A stretch of DNA of 64,000 nucleotides, from assembly GCF_024521635.1 (NCBI RefSeq), contig NW_026250404.1, forward strand, positions 434,001 to 498,000, read 5' to 3'. The position numbers were made by a program, and so were the translations under genes. Position 1 is the first letter of the stretch; each line of letters begins with the position of its first letter. Positions 22,803 through 35,600 of this stretch are shown here, piece by piece. Origin of the DNA: Tricharina praecox. Taxonomy: Eukaryota. The notes under the pieces are model-generated. The model did not search any database and was not told the DNA's origin. It saw nothing but the letters and a program-made list of their open reading frames with translations.

Positions 22803-25400
22803 TTACAACCCAACATGAAACAGCAACTGCTTTTGCTTCCCCTTCTTCTTCTTTCCGCCGCCGTTCTCGCCCAAGTTGTCTGCCTCGTCCTGTGCAGCAG
22901 CCTCGGCACTCCCAGGCACCCACGCATTACCAGTCGCTGCAGGCGCGTCCCAGCGGTTCCTGCTAGGGATCGGAGTCCATCCCGCCGGCTGCTTCTTCGG
23001 CGGCAGGCTCGGGAACTCGTCTCGGCCCACTGGGCGCCTGGTCGCTGCGGCGGAGGAGGAGGATGACGAGGAGGCGTAGGTGGTGGTCGTAGGTGGGGGT
23101 GGCGCGGCGGGCTTTGTCACCCATGGTGTGGCGCTGACGGCGCCTTTGCCCACGCGGTTGGGGTTGACGATGGGCTTGGGGAGGGCGGAGGAGGCGGATG
23201 ATGCGGACTGCGTGGGAGCAACAGCTGCGGTGCCCCAGGCTGAGGCAGCAGCGGAGCGGCCGGAGCGCGCGGTGGAGGATTTGAGCTTTAGCACGCGATT
23301 GGCATTCGTGGATGTGGAGGCTGATTGGGAGGAGGCACCGGCGATGGGAGGGTAGTCTTGGTTCTGGTTTCGTTAGCTTGGTGGAGGGGATGTGGGGTGG
23401 AGTGGGAACTTACGATTGCCTTCCAGTTGTTCCACGCTTTGAGGAACTCCCTCCTCTTTGACTCGTCCTCGTAGAGCTCTGCGACTTCGTTGATGAGCGT
23501 GTTGAGCTCCTTAGCACTACCGTCGAATAGACTCCACAGCATGTCCACCAGGTTCTCGCCAGAGATGGCGCCGGTGCGGAATTTACTGATGTCGTTGCGG
23601 AATAGCTGCATCTTTGTGGCATCGTTGCGCAGCATGTTGCTCGCGCGGTCGATCACCGATGCATGACGAAGAGCTCGCGTTTCAGCGGGGTTCTGCGTAG
23701 GCTGTGCGGGCTGTGCGGATCGTGTCGGGTTCGCAGGGCGGGCGGCGGCGAGCGGAGGGAATGCGGCGTTGCTTGTGGGTGGCGTGATAGTGCGTGGTGG
23801 CGCCGGTGTGCTCCCTGGTACATGCCTGGGCTGTTGTGACTGTGACTGTGGCACTTCTACGCTCTGCGTCTGTGGAGGTCTGGCGGGCTGTGGCGCTGGT
23901 CGGGCCGCAAATGCGGGCTCTGACAGCTGTCCTCCAAAGGTCCGGGGCGTAGTTGACTGTGCGCTCTGGATAGCAAGCTGTTGAGTGCGGTGAAACGCGA
24001 TTTCTGCCCGGCTCATGTGCTGCACTGTCCTGATTGGAGGATCCTCTAACTCGTGACGTCCTCTGCCGCCGCCGCTGTCACCTCCTCTTCCTCCGCGACC
24101 GCGCCGTCGGCCGTCGTTCTGGGGCTGCACTGACCGCGCGTCCTGGAAGTTACTCATATCGATGCGTCTGGCATCTCGCATTGCAGTCTTGCTAAGCCCG
24201 TTGGGATGTTTCTCAAGCTGGTGAGCTTTGAGATCAATCTCATGTTCAAACACCACAAACTTCTTCTCAAGACACTCGCTTTCGGGGCAGACGTAATGTG
24301 CCTTTTTAAAGTGCAATTCCAGGGTGTCGTAATTGAAGTAGTACTGCGGTTGCTGGTCAGCAGGACGACTGCGCTCACAGATGTGGCAGCGTTCGTGCTT
24401 GTCCCGACAGTGTACAAACAGCTCGTCTACCGAGTAAAAGCGCTGGTTACAGAACTGGCACTCGGGATGTCCCTTGAAACCACTCTGACTTTCCGAGCCG
24501 GGTTGGTCGTCCCCGTGCCGTTCGTGGCGTCGCAGCTCGGCAGCCGTGAAAAGCTCGTGTTCGTGGGTGAAAACCTTCTTGTGGCGAGTGCAAAGATCAC
24601 ACATGACACGGCTATGCTCGCGCTTGACGTGACCATGGAGGTCTGGCCAACCCAGACATGCCCGGTCACACGTTTCCTCTGGACAGTTATAACGGAGTAG
24701 TAAGGTGGCATCGTCACAGATCGCTTGGTCGTCATATTTGATGCCCAGTGCAGCGTTTTCGGCGATAGTCTCTGAGTCCTTGAAATCTTCGAAGAGTTTC
24801 TCGTGCTCCTTGGTAAAAATGACATATTCGGATTCCACCTGAGATCATAGGTTAGTACAGAATATATCGCCAGGAGTAAAAGTTGGGGAAGAATACCCGA
24901 CAATGAGCGCACGTCTTGCTCTTATACAAGGCACGCATTCTAAGAGAGCAGATATGGCAGGTCGGGTGGTTACAAGGCGGCACTGCGATGTACCTGACCG
25001 GGTCCGCGCAGATAAAACAAACTTCGGACTCTGTGCCCTCCGAGGCCGCATCGTCACTATCCTGAACTGCTGGCGGCACTCCCGGAGCAACCCTTAGCAA
25101 TGTCTGCGCAGGTCCGTTCGAGTCCCCTGGTTTCCGTGCGTTCGCATTGATATCTCCACCTCTTCCGATTCCTCTTGGCTTCCGCGGACCCCCGCGTCCT
25201 CCGGTCCCCGCAGGTTCATCGCCGCCACCTCGGCCACCTCTACCGCGGCCTCTGTTCGGACGGCGTTCTTCCCTACCACCGTCTCCTCCGCCTCCTCCGC
25301 TGGCTCCTCCCCTTCGGTTCCGCCCTCCTCCTCCTCTCCCCGCCGAGGGTGCGCCTGTGTTGTTCGGAGCCGGAGTCTGCTCGGCAGTCGCTGACGCCAT
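22803..25400 (-). CDS. HEL2: RING/C2H2 E3 ubiquitin ligase Hel2/ZNF598 (ribosome quality control)
   Basis: RGG-rich N-terminus, RING CFICA...CNHPTCHICSLRMRALYKSKTCAHCR, GFKGHPECQFC zinc fingers, CLEKKFVVF, and C-terminal KKKKGKQKQLLFHVGL. Two introns. Confidence 0.93.
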
Positions 25401-26183
25401 TGTTGAATGTAACCGATGGAGCGGTTGGGTGTATATCGGACAAGCTATCGAGTATAAGGCGAAGGTGCTTTATGAGAATTGAATCGCAAATTCCAAGGCG
25501 GACGTAGTGTGGGAGTTGGTTTATAGTTGGTGGTGGTGTCCTCGGAAGGGCGAGCAGGGTGGTGGAAAGTTGGTGGAAAGTTGGTGGGGTTAACTCTCAG
25601 CTTACCTTAAATATTTGACAGCCCCTGTGTCACAATCGATCTGCATGAACTCATAGTTGCGTTACCAACGTCCTAAGCCTCACTTTGGATTACAGACACG
25701 GCACTTCGTACGGATGGAAATTGTATGGAAGGTCGCTGCAGCTATATAGAGGACGGGATTTCAAAAGCCGTAGTTAATACTTTCAAATTCCTCCGGAAGC
25801 GCCAGGGTGCACAGGTTGACAACACTTTTACGATCTGATAAGATAAGCCTGATTGAGATGCGACGGCTGACAGCATTTAAGAACAGTTATTCATTCGCTC
25901 TTATATTTGACACGTACCGTAAACATCACATCCTCCCATCAACAGGATGGAGGACATAAGATGGTTCATATTCTGGTAAGAAAATAGGTAAAATCACAGA
26001 AGAAAGACAGCCGGAAAGAAAAGAGAAAGCAAGAGCGCGCAACGCCATTTCCACTGTGTCCCAGTCCCTTCAACGATTACACAAACCAGTCGTAATCGTA
26101 CCTTATCGCTCCTGACCCCTCATAGCCTCGGTCCCTACAGCTGCCGTTTCGTGTATGATCGCCTCGTACTCGGGAGGAAGTGC

Positions 26184-27021
26184 CTAACTGACGGCATGTG
26201 CAAGCACCTTGGCAGCCAGATCCGAGAGAAGCTGCAAGACACTAGTCAGTCCGTCGTCTTTGCCTCGAGCCTCTGCTCGCCCTCGAACGCACATTGCTAC
26301 CGCCAACACCAACATCGAAGGAGAACTTTAGCACCTTTGCCTTGTCATTCTGTGGGAGCTCCTGGAACACCTGGTAGACGCTCTGTCCCTTGCGGTCGCG
26401 GATGGCGCCCAAGCGGTTTCCAGCGACAGCACCCGCAAGGAGTCCGGGAATGTTGCCGACAATGAAGCCGATGGTAGCCCCCGAAAGTCCACCCAGAAGG
26501 CTCCAGACGCTGCCGCCCGCGTTTTGTGCCGGCGGTTCGTCCTCCTCCAGTCCCTCCTCGCGCATCATCTCCTCGAAGGCATCGCCGAACTGAGCGTCCT
26601 GCCAGCTGCTGCCCGAAGGCGAAGAGTATTGCCTGGTTGCGTCATAGTCGCGGCGCCGCACAGGGTCGGAGAGGACGTAGTAGGCGTCGTTGACTTGCTG
26701 GAACTTCTTGGTGCGCGCAGCGCGGGTAGGATCGTTGTGGGAAACCCGATCCGGGTGAGTCTTGAGGGCCGCACTGCGGATGTTAAAGGTGGGCTGACAA
26801 AGAGAGGGAGAGCTGCCGAACCGTTTATATGCATCGCGGATTTCCTGGGGCGTTGCAGTTAACGAGATGCCGAGTGCTGCGTCTGTGCTTCGGGTTAGAT
26901 GTAGGCTAGGTAGGCGGGAAGATCAACGCACAATAATCTATGGATGCTGATGCTAAAGATGAATGTTAGCTTACGTGGTTAACATAAACTAGAGGTGGGG
27001 TGAGTGTAGCTTACGAGCCAT
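26184..27021 (-). CDS. Small J-domain (DnaJ-like) protein with C-terminal glycine-zipper hydrophobic segment
   Basis: Spliced MAPSASIDYYAALGIS...EIRDAYKRAALKTHPDR...FQQVNDAYYVLSD (HPD motif), then GGLSGATIGFIVGNIPGLLAGAVAGNRLG. Four introns, with a 21-nt exon at 26932-26952. Confidence 0.88.
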
Positions 27022-27487
27022 GGTATCTGTAGTTTTGCAGCTACAAAGTAAAGCTTCTGTGTGTAAAAGATGTCGAGGGCTGCCGAATAGAAATCTGGTG
27101 GGAGAGAAGCGAGTTAAGAAGAGTGGCTTCAGCTGGTGCCTTGACAGCAAAGCAAAGGGCCCACATTCTGTCCCTGCAGACGCAAGCCAATGACGTCGGT
27201 GGCAAGCCACCTGGACGCCAACCTGCGCCACAGTGTGAGTGCGCCACAATGATAAGCGGCATGTGATGAGTCGCGCGATGGGATGAGCAACAACGCGCCA
27301 AGCCCTGAGTCAATCCGAAAGCTGACTTTTGCCCCTCCAGCAGTTCGACACACCATTGATATTCAACAACTCCACACCCACTTGTGTGCCCAACAACTGG
27401 AGCTAGCGGCTTTGAACTTCAATCCGCGCTCAATCCTCTCTCGATTCAATATCCCACGCAGAGTACCGACATCTAAAGAACGCAAAA

Positions 27488-30400
27488 ATGAAGTCCCAGG
27501 TCATCGACAATGTTCCGAAGAAGATTGGGGAGGTCCAGTTCGGTGTCATGTATGATCCTTCACCACCGCAAGGCTTCCGTCCCGGTTCTGACAGTGACGA
27601 TTGTAGGTCCTCGCAGGATGTGGTTAAGCAGGGAGTTGTTGAGGTCGCGACGCGAGAGCTATACGATTTGGACGGAGGGCGGACATTGAAGAAGAACGGT
27701 GCTCTTGATGCGCGCATGGTGGGTCCTACCCGGTGGCTCACACCATGTGAAGGGATGCGATCGCTGAAACCTGGGCGCTCGAATAGGGGATCTCGTCGAA
27801 ATCTGGTACCTGCGAAACCTGCGGCGAAGGCCTTGCCAACTGTAATGGTCATTTTGGTCATGTCAAGCTTGCGCTACCAGCATTCCACATCGGTTACTTC
27901 AAGGCGATCATCACCATGCTTCAGAACATTTGCAAGGACTGCGCGCGGGTATTATTGGACGACAACCAACGGCGACAGTTTTTGAAGATGCTGCGGACGC
28001 CCGGTATCGACAACTTGAGACGTATGGGGATCTGTAAAAAGATCAATGTCCAGTGCAAGAAGGCGCGAACATGCCCGCATTGCCATGCTATCAACGGTGT
28101 TGTCAAGAGGAGTGGACCACTGAAAATTACGCACGACAAATTCAGGGCGTTCAATTCGTCGACAGCGGCCAAGAAGATACCCCCGGAGTCGAAAATCTTG
28201 TTTGACAGGTCATTCGCCGAGGCAAAGAAGGCTAATAATGATCTAGACAAGCACGTAAAAAGGGCTATGGACGACTTGAACCCCCTGAAAGTGCTCAACC
28301 TCTTCAAGCAAGTTCTTCCGCCAGACTGCGAGCTCTTGGGAATGAATCCGGAAAAGGGACGGCCAGAGATGTTTATCTGGCAATATGTGCCGGCGCCGCC
28401 AGTCTGCATTCGGCCCTCCGTCCAGCAGGATTCGGCGAGTAATGAGGACGACTTGACTGTGAAGCTGACAGAGATCATCTTTGTGAGTTCACTAATACGC
28501 GCTGGATTGCAAAAAGGAAAACCAATTCAGCAGCTTGTGGAGCAGTGGGACTACATGCAAGCTCAAATCGCAATGTACATCGACAGTAGTCAGCCGATGA
28601 TCACAAGGAACTACACGGATATCAAACCTATCCGCGGGTTTTGCCAACGGCTAAAGGGAAAGCAAGGTCGCTTCCGTGGCAATCTTTCGGGAAAGCGTGT
28701 CGACTTTTCAGGGCGAACCGTCATTTCGCCGGATCCGAACTTGAGTATCGAGCAGGTCGCCGTTCCGATCCACGTAGCGAAGAACTTGACATATCCAGAA
28801 AAGGTCTCGCGGTATAATATCGAGAAGCTTCGCCGGTTAGTTGAAGTTGGTCCCGATGAATGGCCTGGCGCGAACTACATCATCAAGAAGAACTCGGATT
28901 ACAAGATGTTCCTGAAATTCGGTGATAGGAAACGTCAGGCGGAAAACCTCCAGATAGGGGATATTGTGGAGAGGCATCTGGAGGACAATGATGTAGTACT
29001 ATTCAATCGGCAACCGTCGTTGCACAAACTCAGTATCCTCAGTCATTATGTACGTGTGAATTCTTGTAGAGCTGTGCTGGGGCTACCACTAACCACCATG
29101 CACAGGCTAAAATTCGACCATGGAGGACATTCCGTCTCAACGAGTGTGTGTGCAATCCATACAACGCCGATTTCGATGGCGACGAGATGAATCTCCACGT
29201 TCCGCAGACCGAAGAAGCAAGGACGGAGGCTATCCAGCTGATGGGTGTGAAGAACAATCTCTGTACTCCACGTAACGGAGAGCCCATCATTGCCGCTATT
29301 CAGGATTTCATCACGGCGGCGTATCTCTTGAGCAGCAAAGAAATCTTCTACGACCGGAAGACATTCGGGCATATTTGCATGTACATGGTGGATGGCAACG
29401 AACAGATCGACCTGCCGCCTCCGTCGATTTTGAAGCCACAAGCTCTTTGGACCGGCAAACAGATCTTCAATCTCATGATGAAGCCGAACAAGAAGTGTCC
29501 AACGCTCGTTAATCTGGACGCGAAGTGCCGAGACTACAAACCTGTGGCTGGACAAGCGCCGGATTTGTGCGAAAACGATGGATTCTTGGTCATTCGGGGC
29601 AGCGAGATCATGTGTGGACTTATGGACAAGTCGACTGTCGGATCCGGTAAGAAAGACTCAGTCTTCTATGTCATTCTGAGGGATTACGGGCCAGACGAGG
29701 CTGTGCGTTCGATGAACCGACTGGCGAAGCTTTGTGCTCGTTGGTTAGCGAACAAGGGCTTCTCGATCGGAATCAACGATGTCCTTCCTGGTGCCAATCT
29801 AAGGAGGGAGAAGGATCTTATGGTCGAGGACGCCTATGCGCAGTGTGATAACTTGATTCTGCAGTTCAAAGAGGGAAAGCTGGAGAAGGCCGCAGGATGT
29901 GACGAAGAGACCACCCTGGAAAATAAGGTCCAAGGTATCCTGAGTAACGTCCGTGACAAGGTGGGAGATATTTGTATGAGAGAGTTGAGCAAGTACAACT
30001 CACCTCTGATCATGGCATGCTCTGGATCCAAAGGTAATGCCCACCTGTCTGTCTGCGGTTTGATTCATTCCTGACGTCTAGCAGGTTCCAAGATCAACGT
30101 TTCCCAAATGGTTGCTTGTGTCGGACAGCAAGTCATTGCTGGAAAACGTGTTCCTGATGGATTTGACGATCGTTCGTTGCCACATTTCGCCAAAAACTCG
30201 AAGCAGCCTCCATCCAAGGGTTTCGTGCGAAACAGTTTCTTTTCCGGGCTTACACCTACTGAGTTTTTGTTCCACGCTATTTCTGGTCGTGAAGGTTTGG
30301 TTGATACTGCTGTCAAGACCGCCGAAACCGGTTACATGTCGCGTCGTCTGATGAAATCTCTGGAGGATCTCTCTGCAAACTACGACGAAACCGTACGAAC

Positions 30401-32196
30401 ATCTTCTTCCGGTATCGTGCAGTTCAGGTATGGTGGAGACAGTTTGGATCCTGTGGACATGGAGGGTGACGCTCAGCCCGTGAACTTCAACCGCACGTTC
30501 TACCACTCTGAGAATATCACCTTTAAAGAAGAGGCTGATGGACTCCTGCCGTACGAACTCATTGAGCTGTGTGATAGCGTCCTTCATCCGCTGGAGGCAA
30601 AAGAGATCCGGAAGGACTTATTGGGGAACATCATCTCGGATGCCGAGCTGGAAAAGCTGACTGGCCGCGCTTTTGCCATGGCCCTCGACGAGAACGAGAG
30701 TTTGCGTGCGTTCTACCAGTCCATCAGGAATTACGTCCGAGCAAAGGCGGATGCGCTTGCAAACCTGCGAGAAAAGTTCGGCCTGCCTCGTGGAGACGAG
30801 ATGCCCGAATCAGAAGAACACAGAGGCCCTGGCCTTGATGAGTACTTCCCCAAGGATAAAGTTCGGGCCGTCAAGCAAGTTGCGAAGATCTCGAAGGATT
30901 GCCTAAACGAGTTCCTCAAGCAGTGTCTCACCAAGTACAAGCGTGCTAAGATCGAGCCCGGATCCGCCGTTGGTGCCGTCGGTGCGCAGTCTATTGGTGA
31001 GCCTGGAACTCAGATGACTCTGAAGACTTTTCATTTTGCTGGTGTCGCGTCCATGAACGTCACTCTCGGTGTGCCTCGTATCAAGGAGATCATCAATGCT
31101 TCCAAGATCATTTCTACTCCGATTATCACCTGCAAATTGGTCACCAAGGACGACGAGCGGGCCGCTCGTGTTGTCAAGGGAAGAATGGAAAAGACCTACC
31201 TGTCAGATGTAAGTAGTGGCTTACTACCAGGCCCTTCAATCAGCATGGTGTTGACAGTGTTGATTTATAGATTATTCATTATATCGAGGACGTCTGCGCT
31301 CCGGAAGACAGTTACGTCTCCGTCCGTATCGACTGGCGCACCATCGAGGCGCTGCAGCTCGAAATTGGGGTGGATCACATCATCAGTGCTATCGTCAAAG
31401 CCAAGCTCAAGATTCTACGACAAGATGTGCGAGTGGTTGGTAATAAAATTCGCATCTACGTTCGGGAACTTGCTCCGAAGGAACGTAATCCCAAGGATGA
31501 CGGAGATGTCTACCTCCGTGTGCAGGCCCTCAAGCGGGCTCTCCCTACCATCGTCGTTAACGGCTACCCCAACGCTGTCCGTGCGGTCGTCAAGAAAAAC
31601 GAGAAGACTGGGGAGAACGAGCTATTGGTTGAGGGATACGGGTTGAGACAGTGTATGAATACCGACGGTGTTATCGGTACAGAGACCAAGAGTAACCACA
31701 TCATGGAGATGAAGGAGGTTCTTGGAATCGAGGCTGCCAGGTATGTTCTTGACTTCTTCCGGCATCTAAAATTGCTTTACTAATGTCGGTGAGCAGACAA
31801 TCCATCATCGGCGAAGTTTCTTACACTATGCGCGAGCACGGAATGGACATTGATCCCAGACACATGCAGCTCTTGGGCGACGTGATGACATTCAAGGGAG
31901 AAGTTCTCGGAATCACCCGATTCGGTCTTTCCAAGATGCGAGACTCAGTTCTGCAACTCGCATCTTTCGAGAAGACGACGGACCATCTCTTCGATGCCGC
32001 GTTCCACATGAAGAAGGACGAAGTGCAGGGTGTGAGTGAGTGTATCATCCTGGGACAAAGCATGACGATTGGTACTGGTGCTTTTGGTGTGGTCAGAAAC
32101 TTGATGATTCGGGATAAAGACCTGAAGCCGAAGAAGTTGCTATTTGAGGAGTGTTGGAAGGGGAAGTACTTGAAAAATCAGGTGGCGGTCATGTAG
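27488..32196 (+). CDS. RPC1: RNA polymerase III largest subunit
   Basis: CNGHFGH zinc site, [42 protein letters not shown], catalytic [27 protein letters not shown] and [14 protein letters not shown]...SFEKT. No heptad CTD, so Pol III rather than Pol II. Confidence 0.96.
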
Positions 32197-32604
32197 ATGG
32201 TGGAATTTTCGTACTAAATAGCAAATAGAAAGGCCTGTGAGCTGTAGTGGGATACCTGATCGAGGCAGTGCATCATTGGATGTATGTAATCCGAAGTTGA
32301 TGCCTCCCTTGTATTGACCCTTCGATCAGTCCAATCTGAACGGTTGCTATGTGTGGACCTCTTTCTGCGACATGCATGGGCTATCATTGTCCAGCCGCAT
32401 TGATACAAGGCTGCTTCTAGGGCCATCACCGTTCCATCCCTCTCACCACTCACACCTACCCTTCGTTCTCCTACTGCTATCACTCAAGCCACCATCCCCT
32501 AATTTCCCACTTAGCTACATTCCATCATTTCTTTTTTCACATCTTTCATCGCTCGAATACTGTTCAGCCGGGGACGAAGCCCGGAGCCGAGGAGTTCGAG
32601 GAAG

Positions 32605-35600
32605 ATGCAGACCGCTCAGGGTTCTATCGCTCAATTGGCCGACTATGTACGGGGCCATTCTCTCATGGAAGCGGTAGAGAAGCCGCCTGTAATCAGGTAA
32701 AAGCAGTCATGGCATTTTGACTCGTGGACTACTAACATGTTCCTCGGTAGGATACCCGCCGATATGCGGGCTGCTCTAGCAGCTATACTAACGGATGCCC
32801 AAATATCTGGTCGTGTGCCGTTTTCAAAAACGGACGCAGAATGTCTGGCTGAGGCATTTGTTACCGATAATCGGCGCTGGTCCTGGCTTGAAGCTTCAAG
32901 TTTTGACGCCATCTCACTAGTCTTTATCTTCGCCGAAACGTGTCAAGCCAAAGATGAAGGTCTCTACCGACTTTACGCCTCGCTCCGAGATATAAAGGCC
33001 GGAAACGACAGAACCGCATACAAGAAGATTGCCGGAGAAAAGGTGGTGACCATGTTTACTTCCTTCTTCCTGGATGTCCGGAACTCTTTGAGTACAAGAC
33101 GCTGGGCCGGCCTTCTCCTCTACGAATTTCTAGAGGCGATCGAGAACCGCATCATTCTCCGCAAGGCTTTTGAGAGGCTCAACACCTGGCTGCCGCAGAT
33201 TGGCAAGCTATTGATTGGAGGTCTACTGAATATCTTGAGGCACATATCTGCAATGCTGATCTGCCGAATGGGTTCTGATTTCGACAATACGGAGAAACTG
33301 GAGTTCCTGCGCAATGTATTTTCTGAGGTTTCTGGTTTCGAGAAGGGGGAGACCTTTCCTTCTACTGCTGAGCCTTGGAGCAATGAGGTCTTCAGGTATC
33401 TCGAGAAGATGGATATGGCTCGTGAGCAGAGCCACTTGAAGTAAGTTACCTGTGGGCTTGATGCTTAGTTTTTATCAATGACTTATGTTCTGTGTGTAGG
33501 CTTCCCTTGGGCTTCCATGCTCTGGCGCTGAAGCTCGGTAGCTCATATGTCTCCAAGAGTGGCAGTATCATATGCGATGTTTCAATCGATGATATTCTCA
33601 GCATACAGTTTCGCGGCGACGATGGACAGCCTCATTGGATTGACGTCAATCTCGAAAACATAGACGCCGCAACGATAGGATTTTCCGGAATGACTATAGC
33701 CAAGGACGACCGCCTTGACGACCTCAATATACGACTTCGAGACTACTCGGGATACGGCTACTTGTACCAATTGGACATGATACCCAAGGACGAGCTTGAT
33801 GCAATGGTCATACGGATTTATAGCGATGAGTCTGAGCTTCTTGTTAGAGATCTGTTTCACGCCCAGGAACGTAAGCGCAGGAAAGTAAATAAACAACTCG
33901 GGAGGATTTCCGTATCTGGAGCATGGGATTCCCCGAATGCTCAACCTGCGAAGCTCTGGGTGGGTGCGGAATCTGAGGCTCCAGGGTCTGATGCTCCGGA
34001 GCAGAGACGCTCTCCTTCCCGGGAGGTTAACCTGCAGATACGACGTTCCCAAATCGAGGCCGACGCAGTTGCTAGCGACGATGCTCCAGTCCCATTACAG
34101 CCAACCACCACTACAGCCATCACTACAACCACCACTACAACCACTCCGAGCAAAGGAAGGCCCTCAGAACCCCACGAAAATATTTCCAGCCCAATCGCAA
34201 CCAAGAGGGCACGCTTCCGGTCTCCACTAGTGACTTCATACACTCCACCACCTCCCCGGGAAACCCAGTCAACAGGACGATCACAAGCCGACGACGACAC
34301 CGAGTACGAACTTCCCGGGGATCCCCACGTCACCGCTACAGCGGACGTTTCTAAAGAACAAGAGCGACGTAGTCCGGCCGTTTCGCCCAAGCCGACAAAA
34401 CCAGATCCACCTACATTCTCACCACCGCCAGCTCCCCGAGGTATGAAACAGGCGCCTCGAACGTTCTCCGAATTCGTCGATTTATTGGAGGAACTCCCAT
34501 CTCTTTCTCGACCAAAAGGAAGTATCAAAGCAGGGCTTATTGCCGGCATGGGAGGTACCGCTGCCAGGACCGAACCGCAAACGCCTACACTTAAAAAGTC
34601 AATGCCCAAGGCCCCTAAGAGTGCAAAGTCAGAAGATCCAGTCACGCAGGCCGAAATCGATATCTATGAACTTCCAACGGATGAGGACGAAACCGAGGAT
34701 GAAGAGCCTAGACTTCCAGTGATGCCAAAGGCTGCGAGAAGAGGAGGCAAGAAGAGAACTCCGGCCAAGAAAGCTTTTACCAAGAAAGCTACCGCAAAAC
34801 CTGAGAAGAGCAAGGTTTTCAAATCTGCAGAGTTCGTCATAGATTCATCCGAGTCAGAAGCGGATATAAACCCCCAGGAACCCGAAGGCTCTATGCACCT
34901 CCAAGAACCTAACGTCAAGCCGAACACCGGATCTACAGTGGATAAAGCTGCTTCGGCGGTCAATAAGACGACAAAAGCTCCTTCCAATGCTCGAATGACA
35001 AAGGTGCCCAGGCAGGTTGAGTCAATTGAAGATATCCAATCGCCTACGCATCTTTCAGAGCCTGAGGCGAAGCTTGCCACCAGAGCTGTGGTACCACCAA
35101 AAAAAGAAGCACTTCCGTCCGAAACGAATACGGGGACAAGTATTTACGATTTGCCCGCAGCAGAACCGAAGAAAAAGCTTGTTGAACCGCCGCCGCCACC
35201 TCTTAAGAAGAACCCTCGAGCACCAATGCTAGAGAAGGCGCCGGCACCCAAGAAGAGAGTCATGGCCAAGAAGAGTGCGCCCAAATCCCCTGCGAAGCCT
35301 AGGGCTGCAGCACCAAAACCGACAACTCGGACAAAAGCCCAGCCGAAGGGGAAGAAGGCTCCCGTGGCGGCGAAGGTGTTACCCACAAAACGGCCAGCAA
35401 AGGCAATGGAAGAAAGCGACTCAGAGGCTCGAGCCCTTGCTCCTGCTTCTAAGAGTAAAGTGAATTTGGAAACTGGGAATTCAGTCGGAAGCCCGCAGCA
35501 CGGAAATGCCATCCCAAATAAATCGCCTACGGTTTATGCTACTCCTCCCCATACCACACCACCCAAAAAGAAGACAAAAATCACCGACAATGCCCAAAAA

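Noticed and set aside
26953..27014. Two GTAAGCTA donors in J-protein intron 1, suggesting a nested or twin intron (stwintron)
   Set aside because: The sub-introns would be only ~26 and ~22 nt. The second copy simply overlaps the GCTAAC branch site, and a single 62-nt intron gives the right frame.
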